Shown here: positions 24,591 through 39,500 of the stretch, piece by piece
Position numbering within the stretch: the stretch's first letter is position 1
Layout of the letters: every line of letters begins with the position of its first letter
From: Octopus vulgaris
Lineage: Eukaryota
NCBI GenBank assembly: GCA_951406725.2
Contig: OX597816.1
Coordinates: 39,494,001 to 39,558,000, forward strand
Direction of reading: 5' to 3'
DNA: 64,000 nucleotides
The notes under the pieces: generated by a model
What the model saw: only the letters and a program-made list of their open reading frames with translations
What the model was told of the DNA's origin: nothing
Database searches by the model: none
Position numbers and translations under genes: made by a program

Positions 24591-27500
24591 TCTTTATGTC
24601 TTGATGTATGTGCATGCTAATTGTCAGCAAAAGTGTGTCTGGTCATTAAACTCTTTTGCTGTTCAGAAAATATTACCTAACTTGAGGTTTAGTTATATTC
24701 TCTTGGAGAAAAATCTTTTTGAATCTGCTTGAACAAGTTTTGTCTGACCAATGCAAGCATGGAAAAGTATATAGTAGTGGCATTCATTGGCCGTTGCCAG
24801 CCTCGGGCCGTTGCCAGCCTTGGGCCGTTGCCAGCTTCGGGCCGTTGCCAGCCTCGGGCCGTTGTCAGCCTCGCCTGGCCTCCGTGCCGGTGGCACGTAA
24901 AAAGCACCATCCGACCATGGCCGTTTGCCAGCCTCATCTGGCACCTGTGCCGGTGGCACGTAAAAAGCACCCACTACACTCATGGAGTGGTTGGCGTTAG
25001 GAAGGGCATCCAGCCGTAGAAACATTGCCAGATCAGACTGGGCCTGGTGCAGCCTTCTGGCTTCCCAGACCCCAGTCGCACCGTCCAACCCATGCCAGCA
25101 TGGAAAGCGGACGCTAAACGATGATGATGATGATGATTCCATCTTCAGAATTTTCTGAAAGTTTTGACTGTTTTGCAAATAATTTGTTTCAGATGATTCC
25201 AAAACATCAGAAGAAAAACGAATGGAGAACAAATTGAAATTGAAAGAAATGTTTGATAAAAGTTATGACAATAAAGGTGATGATGAGTTTTATGAAACTT
25301 GGAAAAGCGAGGCAGAATCACAGGCGAAGGTAAGGAAAATAGTTTATGTGGTCAACGTTCTATGTTTTATGCATGAATCTCTTTGTTGGAACAGTAATAC
25401 TGTATTACAAATATACTCCAGTAATACTGTTCTGTACTACAGTAATATTGTTTTGTACTCCAGTAATACTGTTCTGTACTCCAGTAATACTGTTCTGTAC
25501 TCCAGTAATACTGTTTTGTACTCCAGTAATACTGTATTGTACTCCAATAACACTGTACTGTACTCCAGTAATACTGTACTCTACCTCAATAATACTGCAC
25601 TCCAATAATATTGTACTGTACTTCAATAATACTACTACACTCCAATAATAATGCACTCTAATAACATTGTACTGTACTCCAATAATACTGCATTATATTC
25701 CGATTAAACTGTAATGTAGTTTAATTCTAATGGACTGTACTCTAATAACTGTATTGTACTCCAATAACACCATATGCCACTAATACTGTACTGTACTCCA
25801 AATCCTACTTGTTATCTTTTAGCTCCAGATTAGCTCTGTTCAAATAGACTTGAGCTCAAGGGCATTCCAATTGTGACCCTCCCATCCTTTTGTGTGTCCA
25901 GAACCACAGTGCTCAATGTGTTCTTTTTTGAGATGGTCATATGATTTGAGGGAGATTTGGTTGCTATTTCTTGCAAGATCAGCTACTGCGTAGAGTTTTC
26001 TTAGTAAGATTTATAAGTTGAAGTTGAAATACCAACTCTGTACGAGAGGTTTAGAAATGATTTTGGTGGTTGTCACTTCTTTACACCAACATTGAACTTG
26101 ACTTCAAAGTTGTTTTTTGTTGACTGCAATACAACTTCTATACTTCAACTTTTGTTGTTTAATTAATGTAAATATTTTTGTAATTGTTGTGCACATAGTG
26201 ATATTGTCAACTTTTTTGGTTCTTTCTAATTGGATCAGTGAGCACTTCTTTATCCAGCTGTCATCCTCCATATGCATCATATGTCTATACCAGTTCAGGT
26301 TTCTCTTTGCAAATAGGCACACACATGACTTCTAGTTTAGAAACTTGTTTCCCAATCTTGTGGTTCACTTCCACTGCAGAGCACCAGGATTACCTTCTCA
26401 ATTTTATCATGCCTGTTGTTATATTGTTAATAGTATTAATGGCATCTTGTAAAATTTTGTACATTTTCTTTTTCATATAAATTTGTAGCTAAATAAAGAA
26501 GAATTTACAAATCTCCCTGATGACGTTCGCGTCCAGTATGAAGGCTACCGCCCTGGAATGTATCTTCGGATAGAAATAAAGAATATGCCCTGTGAATTTA
26601 TCCAGCATTTTGATCCGAGCTATCCTATTGTTATTGGTGGTATCCAGAACATTGAAGAAAATATTGGCTTTGTCAGAGTAAGTATGTGTTAACGAGATTA
26701 TGAAGACAGGTGATTGTGTTGTTTGAATGACATCAAGCAGTAGATTTATTTCAGCTCAGTTTTATTGTAACGTAGATGACAAAGAATCTGATACCACATC
26801 ATCATCATCATTTAGCGTCCGCTTTCCATGCTGGCATGGGTTGGATGGTGCAACTGGGGTCTGGGAAGCCAGTCTGATCTGGCAATGTTTCTGCGGTTGG
26901 ATGCCCTTCCTAACACCAACCACTCCGTGAGTGTAGTGGGTGCTTTTTACGTGCCACCGGCACAGGTGCCAGACGAGGCTGGCAAACGGCCACGATCAGA
27001 TGGTGCTTTTTACGTGCCACCGGCACGAGGCCAGTCGGGGCGGTGCTGGCAACGGCCACGTTCGGATGGTTCTCTTACGTGCCACCGGCACTGGTATCAC
27101 AGCTGCAATTTCCATTGATGTTGATCGAAAAATATTTATTAGCAACAGAGACAGTGTTAATACTTAGTTAGGTGATATTTATCCCCACTTAAATGTGGAA
27201 GTTCTGTTAGAACAAACTATACTGTGGTAGTTACCATGAGGAAACTCTCATATTGGCTTTTTGGTGCAAAATGCACACTTGTTTATATCGCTAGCGGAGA
27301 GAAAAATCTCTACCATCTCCAGCACTGAGACCACCAGTTCACATGATTTCAACCTCTCTGGTCTTGTCAATGATGGAGGTTTGCTTGTTAGAGATGTCAA
27401 TGATACATCTCCCTGGCCAGCAATACTTTAAATAACAGTGCCAGTACAGGCACTGGTGTTGTGATTATCCAGTGTGCTTGTTAAAAAATATTTATTAGCG

Positions 27501-30500
27501 ACAGAGCCAGTATTAATATAGTTTGTTCTAACAGAACATCCACATTTAAGTGGGAATAAATATTACTTCTCGGTATTAGTTCTGCGTCTGTCACTAATAA
27601 CCCTTCTGTGGAAATGTTTGAGGACTTAATTTCTATGAAAGATTAATTCTATTAACAATGTCATTGCATCAAAATTTTTTATACTTATGTGCTGGTAAAA
27701 TATCCAAATAAATAATATGGCATTTCCTTTTCTTTTCGTATTTAGGCTCGCTTTAAGAAACATCGTTGGTATAAAAAAATCTTAAAATCCAGAAACCCTG
27801 TGATTATGTCAGTTGGTTGGCGAAGATTCCAGACACTCCCAGCTTATTATATCCAAGACCATAACTATAGGAATCGTCTTTTGAAATACACACCAGAACA
27901 CCTACATTGTAACACTATGTTTTGGGGTAAGTTAAAATTTTATTGTTCACCCTTATTTATGATTGTATGTTTCTTGTAGTCCCATCCATCTAAGATATCC
28001 AGCTACCAAAATATTAGGTGGCGATGTTTTTGTTGTGTTTGCTTTGTTGTTAGCCACTCTCTTAGAAACTAGGAAGTTCAACAAATTTTTTATCAAAGGT
28101 TAATAAATTATATTTTTGTATTTCGAAATTATTGCTTGAATTAGTAAGTTATTTAGATTTTAAATATGTGGCATACCTATTTTGAATGTCTCATATGAAT
28201 GTTCATCATCATCATTGTCCATCCATTTTCCATGCTGAGTGGACTGGAGCAACATGAAATGAAGTGTTTTGCTCAAGAACGCAACGCGTCGCCCAGTCCA
28301 GGAATTGAAACGATAATCTTACGATCATGGTGCTGACACCCTAACCACTAAACCACACGCCTCCACAATGTGAATAAATAAGCTTTACATTTGACAGAGT
28401 AATTTGAATGCCAAAAGGTTAAAGTGTTAAATATATATTGAAAGTTATCATTTATTGTTATTTTGCTTCTTTATTTTTTCAGGACCAATTGTTCCTCAAG
28501 GCACTGGTATTTTAGCTATTGAGACATTAGACAATTCTTCAGTAAGTTTTTCAGCTCCTTACTTTATTACTTAGTGTTAATAGAATATAATGTTATTGTT
28601 GTTGAGCAGACTTATGACCAAAGGCATCCAGCTGTGATCAACATATCTTCTTCTTTGTTGTTGTTGAGTAAACCTAGTCAAAAAAATACCTGCTATGACC
28701 AACATATCTTTGTTGCACAGTAAACCTATGCTCAAGTGTATTCCAACAGTAATCAATATATCTGTGTTGCCATTGAGCTGATTTAAGGTCAAGGACATAT
28801 CAGCTGTGATCAACACATCTGTTGTTTAGCAGACTTAACTGAAGAGTATACAGCTGGGATTAACATATCTGTGTTATTGTTGAAGTGATCTAAGGTCAAA
28901 AACACACCACCTATTTCTTTATTACCCACAAGGGGCTAAACATAGAGGGGACAAGCAAGGACAGACATAGGTATTAAGTCGATTACATCGACCCCAGTGC
29001 GTAACTGGTACTTAATTTATTGACCCCGAAACACACCACCTGTGATCAACTCATCTTTGTTGCTGTTCAGTTACATACCTGCTGTATCAACACATCATTT
29101 TGTGCACTTAGAACTACACTGCAATGTGTTTTTCCTTTGTTAAGACAGTAGTGTGAGATTTGAGGAAGAATTGGTTGCTGTTTCTAGTAGGCTGAGTGAT
29201 CACAGCTTCTTAATTTGGTACACTGCATGGCACTCACTTGGTTACAACGTCAGAGGTTCTAGTGGATCCAGTCAACGGAACAGCCTGCTCTTGAAATTAA
29301 CGTGCAAGTGACTGAGCACTCCACAGACATGTGTACCCTTAACGTAGTTCTCAAAAGATCCAGTATGACACAGATTGTGACAATTTTGCCAGCTGAGTGG
29401 GCTGGAGCAATGTGAAATAAAGTCTTGCTCAAGGACACAACTCTCTGCTGGGAATTGAACTCATGACCCCATGTTTGCGAGCCAAATGCTGTAACCACTA
29501 AGCCATGTGCCTACACATACATTATATTAATGGTTTTTGATTGATTTTTCTGGTGGAGATTTTATATTTGATGTTTCATTTATATTTCAGCCAGGTTTCT
29601 GTATTGCGGCCACTGGTGTTGTTTTGGAAGCAGATAAATCAAATGAAATTGTTAAAAAGCTAAAATTAACTGGAGCACCATACAAAATCTTTCAGAAGAG
29701 TGCCTTTATTAAGGTTTGAATTAAAATTTCTTTATATGTAATATATCTAGCAAGTGGATAGTAGAACTGGTTGAGCTTTGGTCAAAATATCTTGCAGTAT
29801 TTCATAACATCCTCATCACCATTTCACTGCCTGCTTTTCCATGCTTGCATGAGTCAGATGTTATTTGTTGAGGTGGATTTTCTTTCTACAGCTGGATGCC
29901 CTTCCTGTTGTCAACCCTTACCTGTTTCCAAGTAAGGTAAAATTCCCCTAAGACCAGACATGTTTCCACAATGGTGACACTTGTTTACAATGATATCAAG
30001 GCAGGAAGACAGTAACACATGGACTCACAATACACACACGCACCTTTCAGTTTCTGTTTACAGAAATCCACTCACAAGATTTTGTTCAGTCAGAGGCTAT
30101 ATTAGATGACAGTGGTCCATAGTACTTCACAGTGGGAATGAACCTAAAACTACATGGTTATGAAACGAACTTCTTAACCACAGAGCCATCCTAAATATGC
30201 TTTCATTCTCAAAACGCTTAGTGTGATCATCATCATCATCACCATTTAATGTTTGCTTTCCATGCTGGCATGACTGAAAACTGGTAAGCCGGGGAGCTGC
30301 ACCAGGTTCCAGTCTGATTTGGCATGGTTTCTATGGCTGGATGTCCTTCCTAACACCAACCACTCCAAGTGTGTAGTGGTTGCTCTTTACATGCCATCAG
30401 CATGAGTGCCATTGATGTGACACTGGCATCAGCCATGACTATAATCTCACTTGGCTTGACAAGTCTACACAAACATGGTGTATCACCAAAGGTCTTGGTC

Positions 30501-33500
30501 ATCTTTCACTACCTCCATGGTACAGATAGACTTATTAAAGACTCTTCATCTGTTTTCAGTCCAAGGTGTTGTACTTAATCAATTTTTTGTAAGAAAACAG
30601 TTGGTCATGTAGGAGTAACTGTTGTATAAACTGCTTTATTGTATCATTTAGATTGATTTTTTATAAAATTTACTTCACAAGATATATCTAAAGTACAATG
30701 TCTTAGAAGGTATTTATGTCCTTGAAAGCTAAGCACCATCTGTTCGGTTGAGAGGAGGATAACCTGAATTCAAGTTTTATTCATTACAGTCTGTTGATTG
30801 TATTACTAATTGCTTGAACTGATTACTAATCCCATCAAACTGTGCTTTTGTGACCTAGACATCAATGTTTTAAAATTGATCTGTTTTACATTACATTCCA
30901 GACAGGTGAAGTGCTAATTTGCTGAAGCAGAAATATCGATATAGCAAATATTCTACTCAATACCACAGCTTTGCCTGTCAGTTGCTTGATCTTAACTACT
31001 TGTATGTCCCTTAGTGGCTGACAATATGTGCATACATTTCTGATCATGAGCAGGAGTAGTGGGGGAGCATCTTAGCCATGTGTTGAGAATGATTGTTTGT
31101 GGTTTGAATAAATGTAAGAAAAGCAAAGTTTGAAGGAAATATTAGCCATTTTTCATACTTTCTAGGGGTAAACAAATAGGGAATAACAGTTGCTACCCAA
31201 AGACAAAAAGTTGATTATCAAATTTAGTGTTGCATTAGTTTTACATTTCACTTTTTGCCACTGTGATTGTGTTAGCTGCCGATTCTACTTATTGAGGTGT
31301 CTTGCAGGTACTTGGTGACCTTACCAATGCTGGTGCCATGAAAAAAAAGCACCTGGTACGCACACTGTTTGAAGTGATTGATGTTAAGTAGGTCATCCGG
31401 CTGTAGGAACCATACTAAAGCAGACTGGAAATTGGTACAGCCTTCTGGCTTGTTTGTTTGGGTCAAACCATCCAGCCAATGCTTGCATTGGAAAAAGGGG
31501 ATGTTAAATGATGATATGGAGTGATGGTGGGTGAGAGCAGATATATCACAAAGTTGAGAGAATGCTTTAGTTTTGCCAAGAGAGCAAGACAACCTCTGTG
31601 GTGTTGGTGCTATGAAAAAATATACCCAGCACACTTTGTAAAGTGGTTGGTGTTAGGAAGGGCATCCAGCTTTAGAAACCAAGTGAGGCATTGGAGCACA
31701 GTGCAGTCCTTTGACTTGCCAGATTCTGTTGAACCGTTCAATCCATGCCAACATGGGAAGCAAACATAAAGTGATGATGATGATGATAGCAATGCTGATG
31801 ATGTATGTGTTAATGTTTGTCTCTTCTATATGTTATATAACTGGACAGTGAAATCGTTCCTTATTTATAGCTATCGCATATTCCTTGATATGTATATATC
31901 ACCAGCATCATCAAATTTAATGTCTGTTTTCCATGCTAACATTGGTTGGCTGGTTTGACAGGATTTGGTGAACTGCAAGGCTGCATTAGGTGCCAATGTC
32001 TGTTTCTGTATGGTTTCTACAGCTGGATGCCCTTCTTAACACCAACCACTTTATAACATGTACTGGTGCTACTTCCATGCCTTTAGCTGTAGTGAGGTTG
32101 TCAAGTAGCTTGCAAGACTGGAAAAGAACAAGAAAGGGGAAAAGTGCTTGAAGTGGGGAGAAAATTTAAGAGAGGGAGAGTTGTCAGGTGTTAGAGTTTA
32201 AAGTACTCATACACACATAAATACATTGTGCTCTTTTTTTTTCCCCAATGCAGGATATGTTCAACACTCCTCTTGAAGTTGCTAAATTCACTGGAGCTTG
32301 TCTTCGAACTGTCAGTGGTGTGAGAGGCCAGATTAAGAAAGCTGTTAAAAATCCGCCTGGTGCCTTTAGAGCAACATTTGAGGATAAGATTGTTATGAGT
32401 GGTTTGTATTTTTTTGCTTGTATCCTATAATTTTTTTATGCTCCATTGTGAAGGTCATGTTTCTGTTGTTGAGCTGACACAGTAGTTTCTGAGTGAACTT
32501 AACTCAAGAGTCATTTATCTCCTTAACCTTCTCCATACTATATCCCTGTTGGAATGCGCTGCCTTTGTTTCTATTCATCATCATCATCATCGTCATTTAA
32601 CATCTGCTTTCCATGCTAGCATGGGTTGGACGGTTTGACTGTGGGCTGGCAAACCAGATGGCTGCAGCAAGCTCCAGTCTTGATCTGGCAGAGTTTCTAC
32701 AGTTGGATGCCCTTCCTAACGCCAGCCACTCCGAGAGTGTAGTGGGTGCTTTTACATGCCACCGGCACGGGGGCCAGTCAGGCAGTACTGGCAACGACCT
32801 CGCTCGAATTTTTACACATGGGCCAGTCAGGTGGTACTGGCGATGACCTCGCTGGCATGTGAAAAATTCGAGCGAGGTCATTTCTATTAATTTTGAAAAT
32901 AATGAAGAATATAATAAAATGAATATAATAAAACATAATATAATAATATATTATAATCATCATCATCATCATCATTGTTTAACGTCCGTTCTCCATGCTA
33001 GCATGGGTTGGACAGTTCGACCGGGGATCTGGGAAGCCAGAAGGCTGCACCAGGCTCCAGTCTTATCTGGCAATGTTTCTACAGCTGGATGCCCTTCCTA
33101 ACGCCAACCACTCCATGAGTGTAGTGGGTGCTTTTTACGTGCCACCCGCACAGGTGCCAGGCGAGGCTGGCAACGGCCACGGTCGGATTGGTGCATTTTA
33201 TATATAGTATACAATTATTATATAATATTATATAATATCATATATATTATAATGATATAATAATGATATAATATAATAAAAAAATATAGTATAATAAAAA
33301 GAATATAAAATGAATAATATAATAAAATGATTTAATCATTATTAAAACAATGTTTGAAATATAAATTAACATGAAATTTTAAGGAAAGTTTTAATTTAAA
33401 TTGCTTTAACCGTTTAGCATTCAGATTATCCTGTCATTGCCAAGCTTATTCATTCACATTATTTTCACTTAATCAAGCATCATCTCAGAGCTTCAAGATT

Positions 33501-36500
33501 ACAATGGTGTGATTTTATATTTTTAGAATGACATTGTAGGGTAGGTGTGAGTGGCCAGATCAGGCCAGTTTGGGCATAAACCAGGTACAATATTTGGTCT
33601 GGGTATGGCCAGGTTAAGGGTTAAATAGAAAGTTTGTATTATAGCATCAAGGGAAGTCTTCATGTAGTCTTCATCTAACAAATTTGCACACAAGGCATTG
33701 GTTGTCCTGAGGCTAAAGTAGAAGACGGATACCCAAAGCACCATAACTGTGAGATAGAACCCGAACTCACATGGTTGCAAAGCAAATTTCTTAACCATAC
33801 AGCCAGGCCTACATTATTCCTTATATTTATAGCTGTATTTCATTGCTTACATAGGTAGATTTTTTTTTCCATTACTGCATTTATTTTTTCATTGTAAACC
33901 ATTAGACTGTGAAGTGGAATATATCAGTCTGACAAACTGAAGAAAGCTCAGTCGTTCTGGTTAGCTGGCAATAGACTTGAAAACAGCTTGCTTGTTTGTG
34001 CAGGTGCAGTCAGTTCAAAATAGATTTCAAGGGTCATGAGGAGAGAATGTGCACTATTTCAGGTCTTTCCTCATGATGACATTCCAGCGCACAGGCCTCT
34101 GCTCATTGATGTGAAGCTCTCCCTACTCAATTGACAGACTTATTTGGCCTTAAGTCCATTTTAGGATCATCACCACCATTTAACTTGTGGAGTTGTGCAG
34201 GTCTGATTTGGCCTATGGGCACACAGTTATCTTGCCTCACACCCACACATCACCCCCACCAACCAGGTTTCATTATTCTTTTTCATCCATTTCCTCTAGT
34301 GGCTGACCCCTCTCACCTGTCAGCAGGTTGAGCTGGATTTCTTTCAAGATGACGTTTGCTTGACGATGATTGATGCCAATTGATAACATTCATTGTCTCA
34401 GTCTGATTCCCATGAAATTTCTACATCCAACTTCTATGTCTGGAATCGGTAATTCTTTGCTACATTGAAATATAGGCTGGCACCATGTAAAAGCTCCCGT
34501 GCCGACGACACATAATAGTGCCCATGCTGGCACCATGTAAAAGCACCTGTGCTGGTGTTGCATGAAAAACACCTGGCACACTTTGTAAAGTGGTTGGTGT
34601 TAGGAAGGGCATCCAGCCATAGAAATCAGGCTGAAATCAGGGGCCAGATTAGACTAGAACCTCGTGCAACTCTTCTGCTTGCCAGCTCTGGTCAAACTGT
34701 CCAACCCATGCCAGCATGGAAAACAGGTGTTAAATGATGATGATGATGATGATGATGCATGTATTCCAGAAAGAATTAAGCAATAGAAGATAAAAATGAT
34801 TGTAAGAAAATAATTACTCTACTATTTTTCAGAAATAAAAAAATGAGTTAGCTAAATGTCTTTAACAATCTTACCAAGGAATGCCTCATACATACAGACA
34901 GATAATACTGTTGTCATTTTTGTATGTGTGTACTTGTGTGTATATGTGTGCCATACCAAGAAAGCCAGAGAGAGAAAGAGACCTGGATAGAATAGTGATT
35001 CATATTTTTGTTCTGTCTTTAACAATAGTGTTGAGAAATGTGTGTATATACATGTATACATACATATAGAAGGAGAGAGAGAGGAAGTGGGGAGTTGTGA
35101 ACCAAACCAGAAGTTATATTACAGATGGACAGATCTCACAAAACTTATAATGTTTGATGGTTTAGTAATAAAAAAACAAACAAAACAAACTGCAGAATTG
35201 TCAAATAAAGTTTTGATAAATAAATAAAAAAAAAATATCCTTGGCCATTTCAGATATTGTCTTTGTCCGAACCTGGTATCCTGTTGACCTCCCAAGATTC
35301 TACAACACTGTTACATCCCTGCTTCTATCACCAAGTGAAAAGATGTCTTGGAGAGGTATGAGAACAGTAGGACAGATCCGAAAAGAAGAGAATGTTCCTG
35401 TTCCGCATAATAGTGATTCATTTTATAAGGTAAGAATGAGTCTTTTAGAATTCCTCTGTGTGTGTGTGGAAATGTTTTTGTCAGTGGTGAATAAGTAAAT
35501 GAATGAATGTTGTCTAACTCCAGGTCAGCTCTGAGTGGAGAACCTATTCATCAAAAGTGTTATGGCTTACGTCATCTTTTTTTCTTTTTTCAGACTTGTG
35601 TATCTATGATTACATCATCCAATATATTCTTCTGTCTTTTGAGACAGTAGCATCTGAATTGAAAGCAGTTTGGCTGCTATTTCTAGTAGATCAAGCAACT
35701 ATTGCTGAGTCTATCTCTTGGCTCTTGTTTGCTTATTGGATAGTTGTATGAGTATTTGTATGTGGTGTGTATATGTATATATGTATGTGGTGTGTATATG
35801 TATGTTCAGGTGGAAGTATGTGAGTGTGCATTGTTTTAATGTCCACTTGTCTCAGCTGGCATGAGTTGGACAAGACTTCTTGTGGTAATCTCTTATAGTT
35901 GGATGCCCCTCCTGACACCAACCTCTTTAGTTGCTACTTAATGACATGCAGCCAAACAGTCTCTTCTTCATCATGATTATCATCATTTAATATCCACTTT
36001 TCCACACTTGCATGGTTCAGACAGATTTTCTACAGCCAGATGCTCTTCCCATTGCCAGCACTCACCTGTTTCCAAGCAGTATTTCCCCCATGGTCATTCA
36101 TTTTTTTCATGGAAGACTGGAAACAAACAACATTGCTTGTATGATGACGATGCTCATTTATAACGGTCGTAATATCTATTCTAAAAACCAAAAGATACAT
36201 GGTATACATTCGCTACATTAAATATGTTGGAAACTAACCTTTTTAAGTAAAGAAAAAAAACAATACATCCATCATATGATCCTTCATAGTACCATTGGCT
36301 TCATCATCATCATCATTTAACGTCTTTTTTCCATGCTAGCATGGGTTGGATGGTTCAACCGGGGTGTGGTAAGCCATGGAGGCTGCACCAGGCTCCAGTC
36401 TGATTTGGCAGTGTTTCTACAGCTGGATGCCCTTCCTAACGCCAACCACTCCGAGAGTGTAGTGGGTGTTTTTTATGTGTCGCCGGCACAGGAGCCAGCA

Positions 36501-39500
36501 CAGACTGGCAAACGGCCATGATCGGTTGGTGCTTTTACATGTCACCGACACGGACGCCAGTCAGGCGACGCTAGTAACTGCCACGCTCGAACGGTGCTTT
36601 TACGTGTCACCAGCACTGGTGTCTTAACTACAATTACCATTCGAATTTTTGATGTTGATGAACTTGACTCAACAGGTCTCCTCATAACTTATAAGTAAAC
36701 ACAAAAATAGAATATACAATATAACACTTATTGGGGTGAGAATATGTTTGTTACACACACACACACACACACTCTCTCTCTCTCTCTCTCTCTGTATAAA
36801 GATATGTCTGGCTGTGCAGTTACGAAATTTACTGCTCAATCAAATGATTTCAAATTCAGTCCCTCTGTGCAGCAGCTTATTCAAATGTCTTCTTCTACTA
36901 TAGCCCTGGACTGGCTAATTTCTCATGTCTATTTATACATGCATGTACATGTGTGTGCACACTCACACACACACACACAATGTATATATTCATACATGTA
37001 TACACGCAGACTTACATGTATTATACACATGTATATATCTATACTTGCATGCATAGGATGTTGGCATTCCATGGCTTTGCTTGACACTGTTGGCGTTAGG
37101 AAGGGCATCCAGCTGTAGAAACATTGCCAGATAAGACTGGAGCCTGGTACAGCCTTCTGGCTTCCCAGATCCCCGGTTGAACCGTCCAACCCATGCTAGC
37201 ATGGAGAACGGACGTTAAACGATGATGATGATGATGATGATGTCCAAGCAAAATGGTGATGTGATGCTTACAATCCTGATTGACATTATGACTGGTCACT
37301 GTGCACCTTGGAAGGCCATTAAAATTAAAAAAAAAAAAACCTCTTCATGACCACCACCACAACAACAACAATAATAACGGCAGTAGCAGTACTGTTTTAA
37401 CAGCTACTTTTCATGTTTGCATGGCTCAGGTGGAATTTGTTGAAGTTGATTTTCTATAGTTGGATGCTTTTTCTGTTACCAAGTGAGATAATATTCTTCC
37501 TTGGTTGGATATGTTTTCAAAAAAAGACTGGAAATGAATGAAGGACACTGCTTGTATGATAGTGCCACTTGCTTACAACCAAGATGTCTAGGCAGAGACA
37601 CAAAATCATACATGCACACACACATACATATACGAAAGGCTTCATTAAGCTTCCACATTCTAAATTCACTTAGAAGGATTTGGTTGGCATGGGGGTAGAG
37701 TAGAAGACACTTGCTCAGGGCACTATGCTGAACCTGAAACCATGAGGTTGGGAAGCGAATTATTTAACCATACACAGACACACCTATGCCTTTAGAAGGT
37801 TAAAGTTGTAACATGCTGTCTCAAATATGTTCCTGTGTAACATATGCTAGTATGGAAAGACTGATATTAAACAGACAAATGAATATATTTCAACAATGAA
37901 CTATTATGTGAAATTCTGTGAGACAGACAATTGCTTTCTAGCTTAAAGTTGCTAAGTTCTTTTGTTTGACACATCGAATCTTTTCAAGGTCAGCTTTACA
38001 TATGGATCAATCAAACTGCAGTAACATATATGCATAGATAGTGATTGTGTTGTTGGTTTGGTGGATCATCTCCTAATAATTGATATAAAACCCCAATGAC
38101 ACAGAATGCCCTCTGTCGTCAACCAGGAGAATTCATATCTACGAAGCAATTGCCCAGCTCCCCTTCAGGGTTGGCGAAAGCAATGTGGTGGACAATGAAA
38201 AACCTGGCTGATGACAGTCAAGGCTGATCTGGAACCCAACCTAGGCCCGCCTATCTACGGCGTTCGCCGCTGGAATAAGGAGTGGTTGGAGATCACACGG
38301 TTGTTAGCCTAAAACCGCCAGGTCTGGTTGGCATTTGTGAGAGATGCAGCATTGAGGATGAATGAAGCCAGCTCAACCCACTCCGGGTGAATGCTGTCTC
38401 AAGACAAGAAAGAATAACACAAAATCTTATTTATTGTAATATTTAGTAGATATAGTCACATGCATAGCTGTGTGGTTAAGAAGTTTGCTTTTCAACTATG
38501 TGGTTTCAGGTTCAGCTTGTTTGGCTAATCAAACCTTATGAGAGAATTCCACAGCTGAAGTGTTAAGGCTGCATATCCTGGTGAAGTGAATTGGCCTGCA
38601 AAAGTCCTGTGCCAGTGTCATGTAAAAGGCACTTGTGCCAGTGTTGCATAAGAGCGCTCTGCCTGTGGCATATTAAAAGCACGCAGCACACACTGTAGAG
38701 TAGTTGATGTTAAGAAGGGCATCCAGCTGTAGAAACCAAGCCAAATCAGACTGTAACCTGGTCACCATGTAACTTGTAAGACAAAACTCCTTAACTGAGG
38801 TGGGGATGTGTTTAGTATCGAAGGAGGTGGCTTTGGTTAAAGTATGATGTTTCTCTTTTTCTCTTTTCTCTTTTACTTGTTTCAGTCATTTGACTGCGGC
38901 CATGCTGGAGCACCGCCTTTAATCGAGCAAATCGACCCCGGGACTTATTCTTTGTAACCCCAGTACTTATTCTATCAGTCTCTTTTTTGCCGAACCGCTA
39001 AGTGACGGGGACGTAAACACACCAGCATCGGTTGTCAAGCAATGCTAGGGGAACAAACACAGACACACAAATACACACATATATATATACATATATACGA
39101 CAGGCTTCTTTCAGTTTCTGTCTACCAAATCCACTCTCAAGGCATTGGTTGGCCCAGGGCTATAGCAGAAGACACTTGAAGACACTGAACCCGGAACCAT
39201 GTGGTTGGTTAGCAAGCTACTTACCACACTATATATTAATTGTATACATGTGTGTATCTGTGTGTGTATACATGTCAGTGACTCTGAGAAAACTGAACTG
39301 CAGACTGACATCACCAATTGCAGTTCAGTTATAGTTGGTGATATCAGGATTTCTGGTGATGTTTACTGGTATTTCCTTTCAACAAATCCTCTGCTAATTC
39401 TGTGCTTTTGAATTCCTCTAGATTAAAAAAATCTAGCCATTTCTTGAAAAGGAGTTAAGGATTGGTGGCAAAAAGTGCATCTCACTGTAAATATCCTGCC

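Noticed and set aside
25391-25800. CRISPR-like periodicity
   Set aside because: Head-to-tail 21-bp units with no unique spacers, eukaryotic intron, no cas genes
33930-33990. CTGAAGA..GAAAACAGC hammerhead-like string
   Set aside because: Stems I and III do not form; too degenerate to call
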